Source of the DNA: Nitrososphaeraceae archaeon
Lineage (GTDB): Archaea > Thermoproteota > Nitrososphaeria > Nitrososphaerales > Nitrososphaeraceae
Direction of reading: 5' to 3'
DNA length: 64,000 nucleotides
NCBI GenBank assembly: GCA_035297365.1
Contig: DATGZA010000014.1
Span: 1 to 64,000 of the forward strand
Below, piece after piece: positions 20,171 through 30,322 of this stretch; within the stretch, counting starts at the first letter, position 1; the number at the start of each line of letters is the position of its first letter. A program made the translations under genes and the position numbers. The notes under the pieces are model-generated. The model was given only the letters and a program-made list of their open reading frames with translations, had not been told where the DNA came from and searched no databases.

Positions 20171-20303
20171 TAGCCCGGAGCAGATTCGAACTGCTGTCTC
20201 CAGGTTTCTTTTCTGAGATCCAGAGCCTGAAATCCTTAGCCCTACCATGGAGTTTAGCCGCTAGATTCGGCATCAGTCACGAAACAACTGATTCGACCGG
20301 GCT
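20171..20303 (-). tRNA. tRNA-Gln(CUG) with three introns (10/11: 20266-20293; 21/22: 20236-20253; 37/38: 20206-20219)
   Basis: Removing 28+18+14 nt gives a 73-nt cloverleaf AGCCCGG TC GTCT AGCGGCTAA GGAT T TCAGG CTCTGGA CCTGG AGAC AGCAG TTCGAAT CTGCT CCGGGCT A; A1-U72 typical of archaeal tRNA-Gln; BHB-type motif at each intron. Confidence 0.9.
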
Positions 20304-20573
20304 CCTCGAGCTACATTTTTACTTGTTTTATACAGATATTTATTTTATCTGACGAGTCTTTTGTACCAGTCTTTCAAAATATCTTATATTGCCATTTTTG
20401 TTAATGCGATAAATTATCCAAGTTAACTTAAAATATACACTAATCATTTAATATCTAAATTTTGACGAATGTACAATGAGTTTGCTTAATTTTGAAACAA
20501 AATTTTAATTGGAGAGAAATTAATTCAATCAGAACGGCTTGTATATCGAATAACGATTATTGAATTTCGACTT

Positions 20574-22472
20574 TTACCCGTATCTGAAGAAAATTCCCTT
20601 TTCACCTTTTGGATGTTTCCATTCAGTTTCTTTTGAGCAAGTTCCGCATTCAATACATCCTTCATGTTGAAGGACTACCTTGTTATCCTCTACACTATAA
20701 CATTTTGTTGGGCACAGGATTGTCATCTTTTTCATGAATTCAATTTGCGGTTTTGTTACTATGATATGAGGCGAACTATCTTCATAATATTTCAATTTAG
20801 AAATACGTTCGTCGATTTCAGGAATATTTAATTCATATTCAGAGGAAATCATTTTGCCAAGTTTTTCTGCTAGCAATATAGGTATATCAGTATAAGTATT
20901 TTTTGACTCCAAAAAGGATAAAAATCGATTGTAACCAAGTCTATTGATCAAACTTATTCCTAAATTTCGCAGAAATTCATTGGACATGCAATCGAGAACC
21001 AAATTATTTTTAAAACCCAAATCGTGTAAAGGCGTTTGTCTGATTGTATTCACTAGTGTTTTGACATAGTTCTTATCGATTTTTTTCATATCTCTCGTAT
21101 AAGGACTTTCACCCAAAGAGTTGGTATAAATTTTTCCCATGTAGTCCGATTCAGAATTATTTCTGTCAATAGATCTCGCAACAGCTTGTGCTGCCCTCGC
21201 AGCATCATCTATACCGACATTCAAACCTTCAATTCTTGGACCTATAAAAACTCCTCTCCCAGCGGCATCTCCTATAAACAAAATATTCTTGTAATACGGT
21301 TTTGTCATCATACATCTCTTACCATCTGGTACCAACTTCGCACCATATTCTAATTCCACGTAGTTAGTAACAAATTGGGTATTATATTCGTCAATCAATT
21401 TGTTTTTAGTTGAAGTCATCTTTTCTTCTATATCTTCAATAGACTTGAATTTCCCGTCTGTTATATATTTTTGTCTATTTTTTGGTGAATAATAAATATA
21501 CCTTAACTCATTCCAAGTGTTTATTAGTTTACTTATCGCAAACGATCTCTTGGTTTGTTCTTCTTTAGGTAAATCCCTTGCTATATTTTTTATCGGAACC
21601 TCATCTTTTATGAGTTCCTTTATCATTGGATTATTAAGTAAAGCGTTAATAAGACCATATGGTTCTACAGGATTTTTTAGCAAAGAATCAAGATGATATA
21701 CCCCTCCAATTGACAGAGATTCTCTGTTAGTATAAAGAAAACCTCCTCCAATTTGGTTTAGCGAAATATCCCCACTAAAAAGATGGGCTATACCTTCTTC
21801 TGGGCTTATATTAAACCTCTTTTCGATTATTTCTTCTGGTAACTTTATTACAACTTTTACTCCCTGATAAAGCTGTTCCGTGGAAAATTTGTCTCTTGCA
21901 CCTACCATTGATGCAACTTCTGAATTAACTCCATCTGCAGCTATTATTGCATCAGTCTCAAATTCCTCAAGTTCGTCAGTTTCGACAATCATGGAAGAAG
22001 TAGACTTTGAAGAATTTGTTACCTCTTTATCTTTCCATGAAATACCGTTGACGTGAACACCTGATATTATACCGCCGCCCTGTTTTTCTGCCTCTTCGCT
22101 AGCCTCTTTTGCAAACCAAGAATTTAATTTGTTTAAAAGAACAGAATATCCAAAATTAGATTTATAATCATGAACAGGAGTAAGATCAATAGAAAAAACC
22201 TTATTTTTTGAAGTTGCGTTTAAAATATATTTAGTTATGCGACGCTCAAAAGGTGTTTCTTTGAGGAAGCTTTCTCCATAGATATCCTCAACATTATATA
22301 CTTTACCATATGTAGAATTTTTAGAATACAAAATTCCACCAGATATATTTTTTGATCCTATCTGTTTTCCTGACTCTATTAAGATAGCCTGCTTTCCCAA
22401 AGTCGAAATATGTTTAAGTGCAGATAACCCTGCAGAGCCGCCACCAATAATTATAACATCAAAACGATCCAT
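20574..22472 (-). CDS. fixC: FixC-like ETF:quinone oxidoreductase fused to a C-terminal FixX-like ferredoxin
   Basis: GGGSAG FAD motif, GSKNISGG, IAADGVNS, IGDAAG; C-terminal CPTKCY and GCIECGTC...WKHPKGEKG. Confidence 0.85.
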   Translation of the reverse strand: MDRFDVIIIGGGSAGLSALKHISTLGKQAILIESGKQIGSKNISGGILYSKNSTYGKVYNVEDIYGESFLKETPFERRITKYILNATSKNKVFSIDLTPVHDYKSNFGYSVLLNKLNSWFAKEASEEAEKQGGGIISGVHVNGISWKDKEVTNSSKSTSSMIVETDELEEFETDAIIAADGVNSEVASMVGARDKFSTEQLYQGVKVVIKLPEEIIEKRFNISPEEGIAHLFSGDISLNQIGGGFLYTNRESLSIGGVYHLDSLLKNPVEPYGLINALLNNPMIKELIKDEVPIKNIARDLPKEEQTKRSFAISKLINTWNELRYIYYSPKNRQKYITDGKFKSIEDIEEKMTSTKNKLIDEYNTQFVTNYVELEYGAKLVPDGKRCMMTKPYYKNILFIGDAAGRGVFIGPRIEGLNVGIDDAARAAQAVARSIDRNNSESDYMGKIYTNSLGESPYTRDMKKIDKNYVKTLVNTIRQTPLHDLGFKNNLVLDCMSNEFLRNLGISLINRLGYNRFLSFLESKNTYTDIPILLAEKLGKMISSEYELNIPEIDERISKLKYYEDSSPHIIVTKPQIEFMKKMTILCPTKCYSVEDNKVVLQHEGCIECGTCSKETEWKHPKGEKGIFFRYG

Positions 22473-22514
22473 CTATATCAACCTACCAAACAATATTAAC
22501 AAATACATCGGTTG

Positions 22515-23798
22515 TCATTTTTTTGAAGCCTGAACTTCTAGAGGAGATACTATTCTTTTGATCTCGTCGATAAGAACTGGAATAACCTCTTCCATTTTAC
22601 CTCTGATTAATAAATCGCATTCATTTATAATAGGAGCGTTTTCATCAGGATTTATTGCTATAACAAATTCTGATTCTTTCATTCCTTCAAGATGTTGTAT
22701 TGCACCACTTATTCCAATTGATATGTAAATTTTAGGCGTTATTTTCCTTCCACTTGTTCCGATTACCCTACTAGGGATAATATATGTTGAGTTTATTCTT
22801 TCATTTAGGGGAAATATTTTCTTAGATATTGGTAAGGATATACCGATTTCTGCTTTGAGAAGTTTAGCCAACGATTCAATTAATTTTATATTTTCTTCTG
22901 GATTTTCCTTTATTCCTCTTCCGAAACTAATTACTATTTTATGAGAATCAAAATCAATTTTGTCCTTGATTATAGTTCTGTTCAAAATCTTTATCCTAAG
23001 ATCTTGTTCGTTAAATTTAGGAGTATATTCAACAATTATTCCCTTTCTATTTGCTTCGCGCTTGATTGGATTAAAAGCTCCTGGAATTATACTACACGCT
23101 TGTGGGTGATAATCTTTTTTAATTTCTGGACTTTTATTATCAAGACACAAAATAGTAGTCCATAAAAAACCCGAGAAATCTGGTCTATACATTTCTAAAA
23201 TCTTCTCATATCTAACTGTTTGACCGTTTGTTTTGTATTGGTGTTTAATATCCAGATCATCAATAGAGAGCTTGTTTACATCGGAAGCTAGACCCGAGTC
23301 AAGTTCAGCGAGGACTGTTGCAGATAAGTGTCTACCAATACTATCTGCAGCGAAAAACATGTATCGTGGTTTTTCAAATTCAGAAGCATATTCTGGTGAG
23401 ATAGCTGCAATCATTTTCTTATCAACCACCATCTGTGAAATAACTTTTGTACAAGTCTGGTTCAATAGATATTTCAAGTTAGTATTATCTGCATACATAA
23501 CCGCATCAGCACCATGATAAATAAATTCATTGCACATTTCTTTTACATTTTCTCCCAGCACCAAGGCTATGACTTTTTCATTAGAATTGTATCTTGTGTT
23601 AAAACTATCCATCAAACGTCGTGCTTCGCCTAACATTTCATAATTCACAGGAATCGCCATTCCATCAACTATTTCTATAACAACATACAAGTTACGGTAC
23701 TTGCTTGTATTAATATAATGACCTGACTTTTCGTTGGAACCGATATTATCCAAACCATGTACGTTGCCTAAACCATTATCAACAGTCATGTCTATCAC
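22515..23798 (-). CDS. etfA: Electron transfer flavoprotein alpha subunit (FixB)
   Basis: SFGRGI, IGTSGRKITPKIYISIGISGAIQHLEGM, AINPDENAPI. Confidence 0.92.
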   Translation of the reverse strand: MIDMTVDNGLGNVHGLDNIGSNEKSGHYINTSKYRNLYVVIEIVDGMAIPVNYEMLGEARRLMDSFNTRYNSNEKVIALVLGENVKEMCNEFIYHGADAVMYADNTNLKYLLNQTCTKVISQMVVDKKMIAAISPEYASEFEKPRYMFFAADSIGRHLSATVLAELDSGLASDVNKLSIDDLDIKHQYKTNGQTVRYEKILEMYRPDFSGFLWTTILCLDNKSPEIKKDYHPQACSIIPGAFNPIKREANRKGIIVEYTPKFNEQDLRIKILNRTIIKDKIDFDSHKIVISFGRGIKENPEENIKLIESLAKLLKAEIGISLPISKKIFPLNERINSTYIIPSRVIGTSGRKITPKIYISIGISGAIQHLEGMKESEFVIAINPDENAPIINECDLLIRGKMEEVIPVLIDEIKRIVSPLEVQASKK

Positions 23799-23802
23799 CC
23801 GT

Positions 23803-24696
23803 TTAAGAGGAATAATGATTTCCAGTCAATAGTAATATTTTCTTCGCGACATTTTTAATTTGTTCCTTATTATCTCCATCAATAATTTCTGCCTTTCTAT
23901 TCGATTGACCCTTAGGAATTCTCTCAACTTTATATACAATAGTTGGAGAACCAGATAAACCGACTGTTTTTGGATCCAATCCTAAATCATCGTGATTAAA
24001 GATTTTAAGATAAGATTTATAATTGTCCACCCTAGATTTAGCTTCCTTTTGATACCTTGTAGAAATCAATCTTGATGATAATGTATTAAATGATGGTTTG
24101 TACGAGGGATCGACTGAAATAAACACTGGAAGAGGTGCTTCAATTTCTTCAACAATATTATATGTTCCATTCAAAGAAATAAGACGTTGAAGAATTATTA
24201 GTCTTTCCTTTAGATTTATACTATAATTTATTACATTTCCAAAAAACGGATAATTAAGCTTCCAGGCTGTTTGAGGTCCAGTTTGACCAGTTTCCCCATC
24301 TGAGGCGCGATGACCTGAAAAAATTATGTCAATTCCGCGATTATTATCATTGTTCATACCCATTTTTTTTATTCCTGCTTTTAATACCTCGGCCGTAGCT
24401 AAAGTATCTGCACTAGCAAATATTCTATCAGTATAAAGATGAAGTGAATCTGCATCACATAACTGTTGAGCTTCTCTTAGCGCTATGTCCGACATTGGAG
24501 GTCCCATGGTAGCAACTGAGATGTGTGCCCCATAATTAACCTTGGCATAAAAGGCTGCTAACGATGCTATTACACTATGAGCACCTAATTTGCTCTTGGT
24601 CTCAGCTCGATTAAGAGTACCGTCAGGATTATAGCTAATACTACCTTCAGAAAAATCTGGTTCAAGTTTTATAATTACCGCAATATTAAGGGTCAA
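23803..24696 (-). CDS. etfB: Electron transfer flavoprotein beta subunit (FixA)
   Basis: TMGPP, ADTLATA, DGETGQTGP, GLSGSPT. Confidence 0.92.
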   Translation of the reverse strand: MTLNIAVIIKLEPDFSEGSISYNPDGTLNRAETKSKLGAHSVIASLAAFYAKVNYGAHISVATMGPPMSDIALREAQQLCDADSLHLYTDRIFASADTLATAEVLKAGIKKMGMNNDNNRGIDIIFSGHRASDGETGQTGPQTAWKLNYPFFGNVINYSINLKERLIILQRLISLNGTYNIVEEIEAPLPVFISVDPSYKPSFNTLSSRLISTRYQKEAKSRVDNYKSYLKIFNHDDLGLDPKTVGLSGSPTIVYKVERIPKGQSNRKAEIIDGDNKEQIKNVAKKILLLTGNHYSS

Positions 24697-25502
24697 GAGT
24701 TAATATCTTATTTTTAAGGTTTAAAATAATTTGTCAAGCTAGATGAGTATATTTAATATTATCTATTACTAGTTTGCGGTTTAGATGGATATGATTTTAG
24801 TTGGACGAAGTCATAATCATCAAGAAGATGAAAGATATAACTAAAAAGAATATGAATTGAAGAAGAGATTCTAGCATTAACTAGCGGTACCTAACAATAT
24901 TTAGTGCTAATTATGTTTCAATCAAATAATTACCAGCATAAATCTATTTTCAAAATATATTCACAGGTATAAAATATTAAAGTGAATATATTGGTGATCC
25001 TGAATCAATTGGCATTAACTTTTTATCTCGCTATTTGTCAAAGATATGTTTATATCTATTCATCCTTTGCCCTAAAAACATGATTTAAATTTGACGATCA
25101 TTCCTTTTTTTTCAGAATTGTTATTCAGAATTGTTAATTTTCCCATTTTACCCGGCTATCCTATTGAAATCAATATACTGTCCATGCAAAAAATTTATGT
25201 GATTAGGAAATTTATTTACTTATTTGGCGCTATTTTTTTATGATCCAGATTTTTAGAGAATTTATTTAAAAAGTATAGTCCCTCGAGATTCAAAAAATCG
25301 TTTCCTTATTTAATTAAGCAATTTATCATAAATAAAACATAAAGCAATAATCTAATCAAAAGAGAAACTAAAAATCATATTAGCCTATATTTTAATTGGA
25401 AAAAAAGTACTTTAATTTTCAGAACAAGTGTAGAACTGTCATCATTTTGTTCTAAAATAGAGAAATTTTCACCATATTCAACAAAAAAATGTGATTATCA
25501 GA

Positions 25503-25925
25503 TCATTTTTGTTGTTCGCGATCAGAAAATCTTAATTGTATATCTTTATGTGGACATACATGAATTATTTCTTTCGCTAATTTATAACTTCCTTCATTCA
25601 GGTTTTCCTCTTGTGAAAATTCAAATACCGTTTTTGTATCGGGTAAATATACTTTTTTGATATTTAGATCACCTTCTCCTTCTTCTCCCTTTTTAAAAAC
25701 ATATCTTTCTCCTCTTTTGGTTATTGGATTCCAACTCCTTAGTAATATCCCTTGATTTTCGATGTTTTGATTTGTTTTTTTATCATAGATTTTTGTATTT
25801 ATGAAAAGATGGAAAAAAATGTCACTTGAATTATAGAGGTACTTCAATGTGTATTTGTTATAATCTGAAGATCTTTCTGCTTCATGATTTTGTTTTAATC
25901 CATTTTCCAATTTATTAAAAAACAT
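25503..25925 (-). CDS. Hypothetical protein
   Basis: 140-aa ORF with plausible composition; no recognised motif. Confidence 0.5.
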   Translation of the reverse strand: MFFNKLENGLKQNHEAERSSDYNKYTLKYLYNSSDIFFHLFINTKIYDKKTNQNIENQGILLRSWNPITKRGERYVFKKGEEGEGDLNIKKVYLPDTKTVFEFSQEENLNEGSYKLAKEIIHVCPHKDIQLRFSDREQQK

Positions 25926-26081
25926 TCTTTACTAATGTTATTCTCCTTTAATATATTATTACATGCATTTTATTTAGATTTTACTAAAGCGTCAAAAAAA
26001 TCGAAGTCATTGCGAGTATGTTGGAAATGAATGATACAGATATGATTTCTTCATCATGAGATGTGCTGTATCCTTAAAGGA

Positions 26082-26594
26082 CTATTTTATTACTAAAACC
26101 GGACAATGAGAATGCGTAATCACCCCAGAAGCAACACTTCCCAATAGTAACTTCTTGATACCAGATCTTCCGCGTGTTCCCATCACTATCAAATCAATTT
26201 TTTCCTTCTCCGAAAAATTAATGATTGCAGGTACTATTGAAGAAGCTACTATCACTTGCGACTTGAATTTAATAATTTTTGTTTGATCTACAGAACTTGA
26301 CTCTTGTTTAACTTTTTCAAACCATCCTTCAGCCTTTTGTTTTTCCATCTCAAGTAGTTTATTGATTGAATCATCAGGAACTAACCCCATAGATGAATAG
26401 GTAAATCCAGTTTCTGAAACTACCACATATAGAGCGATTACTTGACTATCGAACTTGATAGATAAAGAGATAGCATATCCCGCTGCTTCAAATGATTTTT
26501 CTGACCCATCGATAGCTACTAAGATTCTTGACATTTTTTCCTCCATATAATAGATAAAATATAAAATATAAAATATAAAAAACATATCTAACAT
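26082..26594 (-). CDS. Universal stress protein (UspA family); start probably at an internal Met
   Basis: ILVAIDGSE, DLIVMGTRGRSGIKKLLLGSVASGVI, CPVLVIK. Confidence 0.92.
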   Translation of the reverse strand: MLDMFFIFYILYFIYYMEEKMSRILVAIDGSEKSFEAAGYAISLSIKFDSQVIALYVVVSETGFTYSSMGLVPDDSINKLLEMEKQKAEGWFEKVKQESSSVDQTKIIKFKSQVIVASSIVPAIINFSEKEKIDLIVMGTRGRSGIKKLLLGSVASGVITHSHCPVLVIK

Positions 26595-26789
26595 GTAAGA
26601 GGATCATTTCCATCAAATTTAATACCACGATTGGAATTTGTAAACCAGTATACAGAATGGGATGTATTTAGAATGCCAAAAGAAAGTAAAATATCAACGA
26701 TTAGTCAGCCAATTGCTGACTGTGTTTGATCTGTTTCGGAACTCGTTTATACAATCTTTTTATACATCCAATCAACAAATATGTTACAA

Positions 26790-27320
26790 TTATACCCTCA
26801 AACCAATTATACAATGATACTTTTAGCATAATCTCTTTTGCCATGTTCTCAAATCATCATCCTAATCATATTCTCTGATCTGATAGCAATAACATATTCT
26901 CCATACATTCTCTTGATAATGGAAAAAATACTTTCTGCAAAAATCCCCTACCATAGCATTTGCTACCTTTCCATTTATTAGCGTCAGTTTCCTGCTTCTT
27001 TACAGTCTTATTTGTTAGATAATGATTGTTACTTTTAAATCTGTAATCCGACTTTACCTTTGTTATTCCTGGTTGTATGCCTTTATATTATAGAAACTGA
27101 AAAATCTTTGCACTGTCGTTAGGAATCATCGCCAATTCGAATGTTTACTCTTTTATTCCGTTTTATTGTTATATCATCTAACAGGTCAGGAAGCACTCTT
27201 ATCATGTACTTCTTCATTAGTTACTTTTAATGATAAAATTCTCTTTCGTTTCATATCAACTGCTGAATGTATTTAGATAACCTCTTTTGACATTGCATAT
27301 CATTTTTTTGACATTTTAAT
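26790..27320 (-). mobile_element. Degenerate IS5-family (IS903-like) transposase remnant
   Basis: Fragments across frames: KRGYL..AVDMKRKRILSLKVTNEEVHD, AESIFSIIKRMYGEYVIAIRSENM, KEIMLKVSLYNWF; stops and frameshifts; boundaries approximate. Confidence 0.75.
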
Positions 27321-27369
27321 ACTGTTATTAGGTTTCTAAATGTAGTAGCAATACAGTCTATATTAAAGT

Positions 27370-27990
27370 CTATTCTATTGTTTTTATCAGATCTGTTAAT
27401 GACCTTTTTGGTTTTGGATGTAAAATCTTCAAAGGATATCCAATACACAAAATTGAGGATGGAGTCAGATCTGTATTTATTGCCTCCTTCACCTTCGTCT
27501 CATCTATCATGCCTATCCAAACTGAACTTAGTCCCAACGAATGTGCAGCTAATTGAGCATATGATGCTGCTAAGGTTGCATCTTGAAGAGAAAATTTTTT
27601 AATAATTTCTACCGGGAATTTCATTTTTACTCTTTCTGGGTTCATACAAAATACTAAAACAATGGGGGAATTGACATATGGCTGATTATTTGAGGCTTCA
27701 ACCAATTTTTCCTTAGTGTTTCTGTTCTTCACATAAAAGATTTCAAAGCCCTGGAAACCCCCTGCGGTTGGAGCTGTATCTGCGGCTGCAAATATTATAT
27801 CCATCTTCCAATCTTCTACTTGTTTTTCTTCAAATTTTCTCTGTGATCTTCTATTTAACATTACATTGTATATGTTAGTTTGCAAAATATCCTCAAAATT
27901 AACTTCACTTATTTCCGGTTTTGGAAAAACCTTTCCAGTACTTCCTGATTCGTCATACATCCTTTTTAAAATTTCTTCTGGGTCTGACAA
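27370..27990 (-). CDS. Nitroreductase family protein
   Basis: RRSQRKF, APTAGGFQ, LAAHSLGLSSVWIG, LCIGYP. Confidence 0.9.
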   Translation of the reverse strand: MSDPEEILKRMYDESGSTGKVFPKPEISEVNFEDILQTNIYNVMLNRRSQRKFEEKQVEDWKMDIIFAAADTAPTAGGFQGFEIFYVKNRNTKEKLVEASNNQPYVNSPIVLVFCMNPERVKMKFPVEIIKKFSLQDATLAASYAQLAAHSLGLSSVWIGMIDETKVKEAINTDLTPSSILCIGYPLKILHPKPKRSLTDLIKTIE

Positions 27991-28080
27991 TACCTTGTAA
28001 ATGAATCACTAATAAAAAAATATTATTGAATAAATTGTAAAGAGATTTTATTTTATATTTTAATAAAATTTATCATTTTA

Positions 28081-29649
28081 TCAATTAATCATGAAAATCT
28101 TAAGGATTTTTTTTCCATCCTCAAAATTGTTCAATTGTTCTTTTATGTCTTCAGTCTTTAATACATATTCTTTTCTTGGTTGACCATCCATTTCATATCT
28201 TAATATTAATTCGCCAACAACAGGACTTTTTTCTTTTATTTTTTCTATCTGGGGTATTAGGTATTCTGCGATTATTTCTAGAAACCGTGATATCAAAGTT
28301 TTATCATAATAAATCCTTTCATCGCTTCCATCTTTATCTATATAATGATCGATTGCCTTTTTACCATATAATTCAACATATTCTAGTCTAAACCCATTTT
28401 GGAGGTTTAGAGGATCTATTGTTTTTTCGATATTTTTTATAATATATTTACAGAGGTTAAAAATCTGTTTAAAATCCACAGTATCAAAAAAATCTATTAT
28501 CACAGGTATAATGTTCTTTTTTTCGTTGTTTACAATATAATCAATAGTTAATAGATCGCTTTTCTTGATCCATGTTTTTAATTCTTGGTTGTCAAATGTC
28601 TCATTAAAACATTTTTCAATTTCGTTACTCATTAAATTCAGATTAATTTCAATGATTTTATCAGTTTTGGAATTTGAAATTTCATTTGCTATCCCTAAAA
28701 TAATATTTTTATTCTTTTCTAGTTTAATATGTGACAAGAAATAATTATCCAGAATTATCTTTTCTGGTTCTTTATTTGAATTCTCTTTATCATCTTCAAT
28801 ACTAGAAACCAATTTGAAAGATCTTTTTAGTTTTTTAGATATTGAGACTTTATATCCTATCGGGAAAACCAAGTTATGAATATTGAAATCTGACAGTTTT
28901 TGTTTCTGATAAAAAAAATTACCCGGTGATTCATCCATCGAGAAAGAATATGTTAAAACCTTAGAACCATCTTCATGCTTGTCTCTGTTATCAATTATAA
29001 TTGAATTTGTGTTTGTTATTTTATAGTAAATCTTTCCATCATCATTTATTAAATTCATTTCAAAACTGTTTTTTAAGTTCACAAAAAAAGAATAAGGAAA
29101 GGTTACCAATCCTTTTGCTAACCAGGTTTGAATTAATTTAATCGAGTTTCTATAATAGTCATTTGTTTTTATTTTGATATTTTCTTGATAGTTCTTTAGA
29201 TTTCTGGAGTATTCCTTTTCCATTACTTGAAATGAATTCATCAGATAATCTTTTGTGTCGAAAAAAATTTTACCTTCATTAGATTTCTCATTTAATGTTT
29301 GTAATACTTTCAAATGATGTGTGGAATAGAAATTATAAATAGATGATTCCATGGTCTTAGTAAAATCTGTAAATCTATTGTGTAAATCTTTCTGAAAGTT
29401 ATATGTTTCTTCAATATGCTGATCTAATTTTATAATTTTATCATGAATAACAAATATGTTATTAGAGATAGATATATAATCATTTAAAATGTTAATAAAA
29501 TTTCTGTTTTCTTCAAATTCAGAATAATCACCATACAAATATCTACCTGTTGAGGATTCAGTCAAATCTGCATTAATGTTAGTAATATTAGTTTCTAGAA
29601 TATTAGTATTTCCTTCTTTTTCAGAAATATTTTCTTGATTAATATTCAT
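28081..29649 (-). CDS. Large hypothetical protein with a helical/coiled-coil N-terminal region
   Basis: 522-aa uninterrupted ORF in very AT-rich DNA; no catalytic motif recognised. Confidence 0.75.
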   Translation of the reverse strand: MNINQENISEKEGNTNILETNITNINADLTESSTGRYLYGDYSEFEENRNFINILNDYISISNNIFVIHDKIIKLDQHIEETYNFQKDLHNRFTDFTKTMESSIYNFYSTHHLKVLQTLNEKSNEGKIFFDTKDYLMNSFQVMEKEYSRNLKNYQENIKIKTNDYYRNSIKLIQTWLAKGLVTFPYSFFVNLKNSFEMNLINDDGKIYYKITNTNSIIIDNRDKHEDGSKVLTYSFSMDESPGNFFYQKQKLSDFNIHNLVFPIGYKVSISKKLKRSFKLVSSIEDDKENSNKEPEKIILDNYFLSHIKLEKNKNIILGIANEISNSKTDKIIEINLNLMSNEIEKCFNETFDNQELKTWIKKSDLLTIDYIVNNEKKNIIPVIIDFFDTVDFKQIFNLCKYIIKNIEKTIDPLNLQNGFRLEYVELYGKKAIDHYIDKDGSDERIYYDKTLISRFLEIIAEYLIPQIEKIKEKSPVVGELILRYEMDGQPRKEYVLKTEDIKEQLNNFEDGKKILKIFMIN

Positions 29650-29864
29650 ATTGTGTATTAGTTATATGAGGTTTAAATTGCTTGTTAGTAAATTTATTTC
29701 AACAAATAATTAATGCAAATTAATACTTTTATATTAATCATTTTCTTTTTTTATAGAAATCACTAGGTTTATCATTTTTTGCAAATCGATTTATTGAATT
29801 TCATAACTGTTAGATTGTGTTCCCACAATAAATTCAAATTGAGATGTATTAATTTTTAATTCAA

Positions 29865-29955
29865 GGGCTCGTAGCGCAGACTTTCATAGGCGCAAAATGG
29901 ATAGCGCGGACGCCTCCTAAGCGTCAGGTCGAGGGTTCAAATCCCTCCGGGCCCG
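29865..29955 (+). tRNA. tRNA-Arg(CCU) with a 16-nt D-loop intron at 15/16 (29880-29895)
   Basis: GGGCTCG/CGGGCCC acceptor, GACGC-CTCCTAA-GCGTC anticodon arm, GAGGG-TTCAAAT-CCCTC T arm; BHB GCGC-AG^A ... GCGC-AA^A. Confidence 0.92.
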
Positions 29956-30322
29956 ATTGTATCAGTCTTCAAATAAAAGTTATTTAATAGGAAAGATGTT
30001 TATTACTCTAGCGATATTGCTAGTTTAACGTCGTTGCCATACCCAATAGTCACGAAGAAAGCGAAACCTTATTTTCCCACCTATCTTCTAATCAGCAGAC
30101 TTTAGATTAAGGGCAGACTATGGATATATTGCAATACCTAGCGGAATTGTGATTATTTTCATTCCCACTAATAGACTAAAATTTTTTTTATTTTTAAGAC
30201 ATTTAGACTAATTAATATTCTTATAGTCTTGCTATCATGCCAGATTGTGCAGATTTTTATCTCTCTCAAATTAATGATGAATCAAGTGATAAAGATTGAT
30301 AGAACTAGAAAATAATAAATAT

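Noticed and set aside
26703-26721. AGTCAGC-CAATT-GCTGACT palindrome sharing AGTCAG/CTGACT with the MITE-like termini
   Set aside because: Too short to link to the element; could be a hairpin, an operator or coincidence.
27251-27602. ORFs 27251-27448 (-) and 27378-27602 (+)
   Set aside because: They overlap the nitroreductase 3' end and the IS5 remnant; no independent support.
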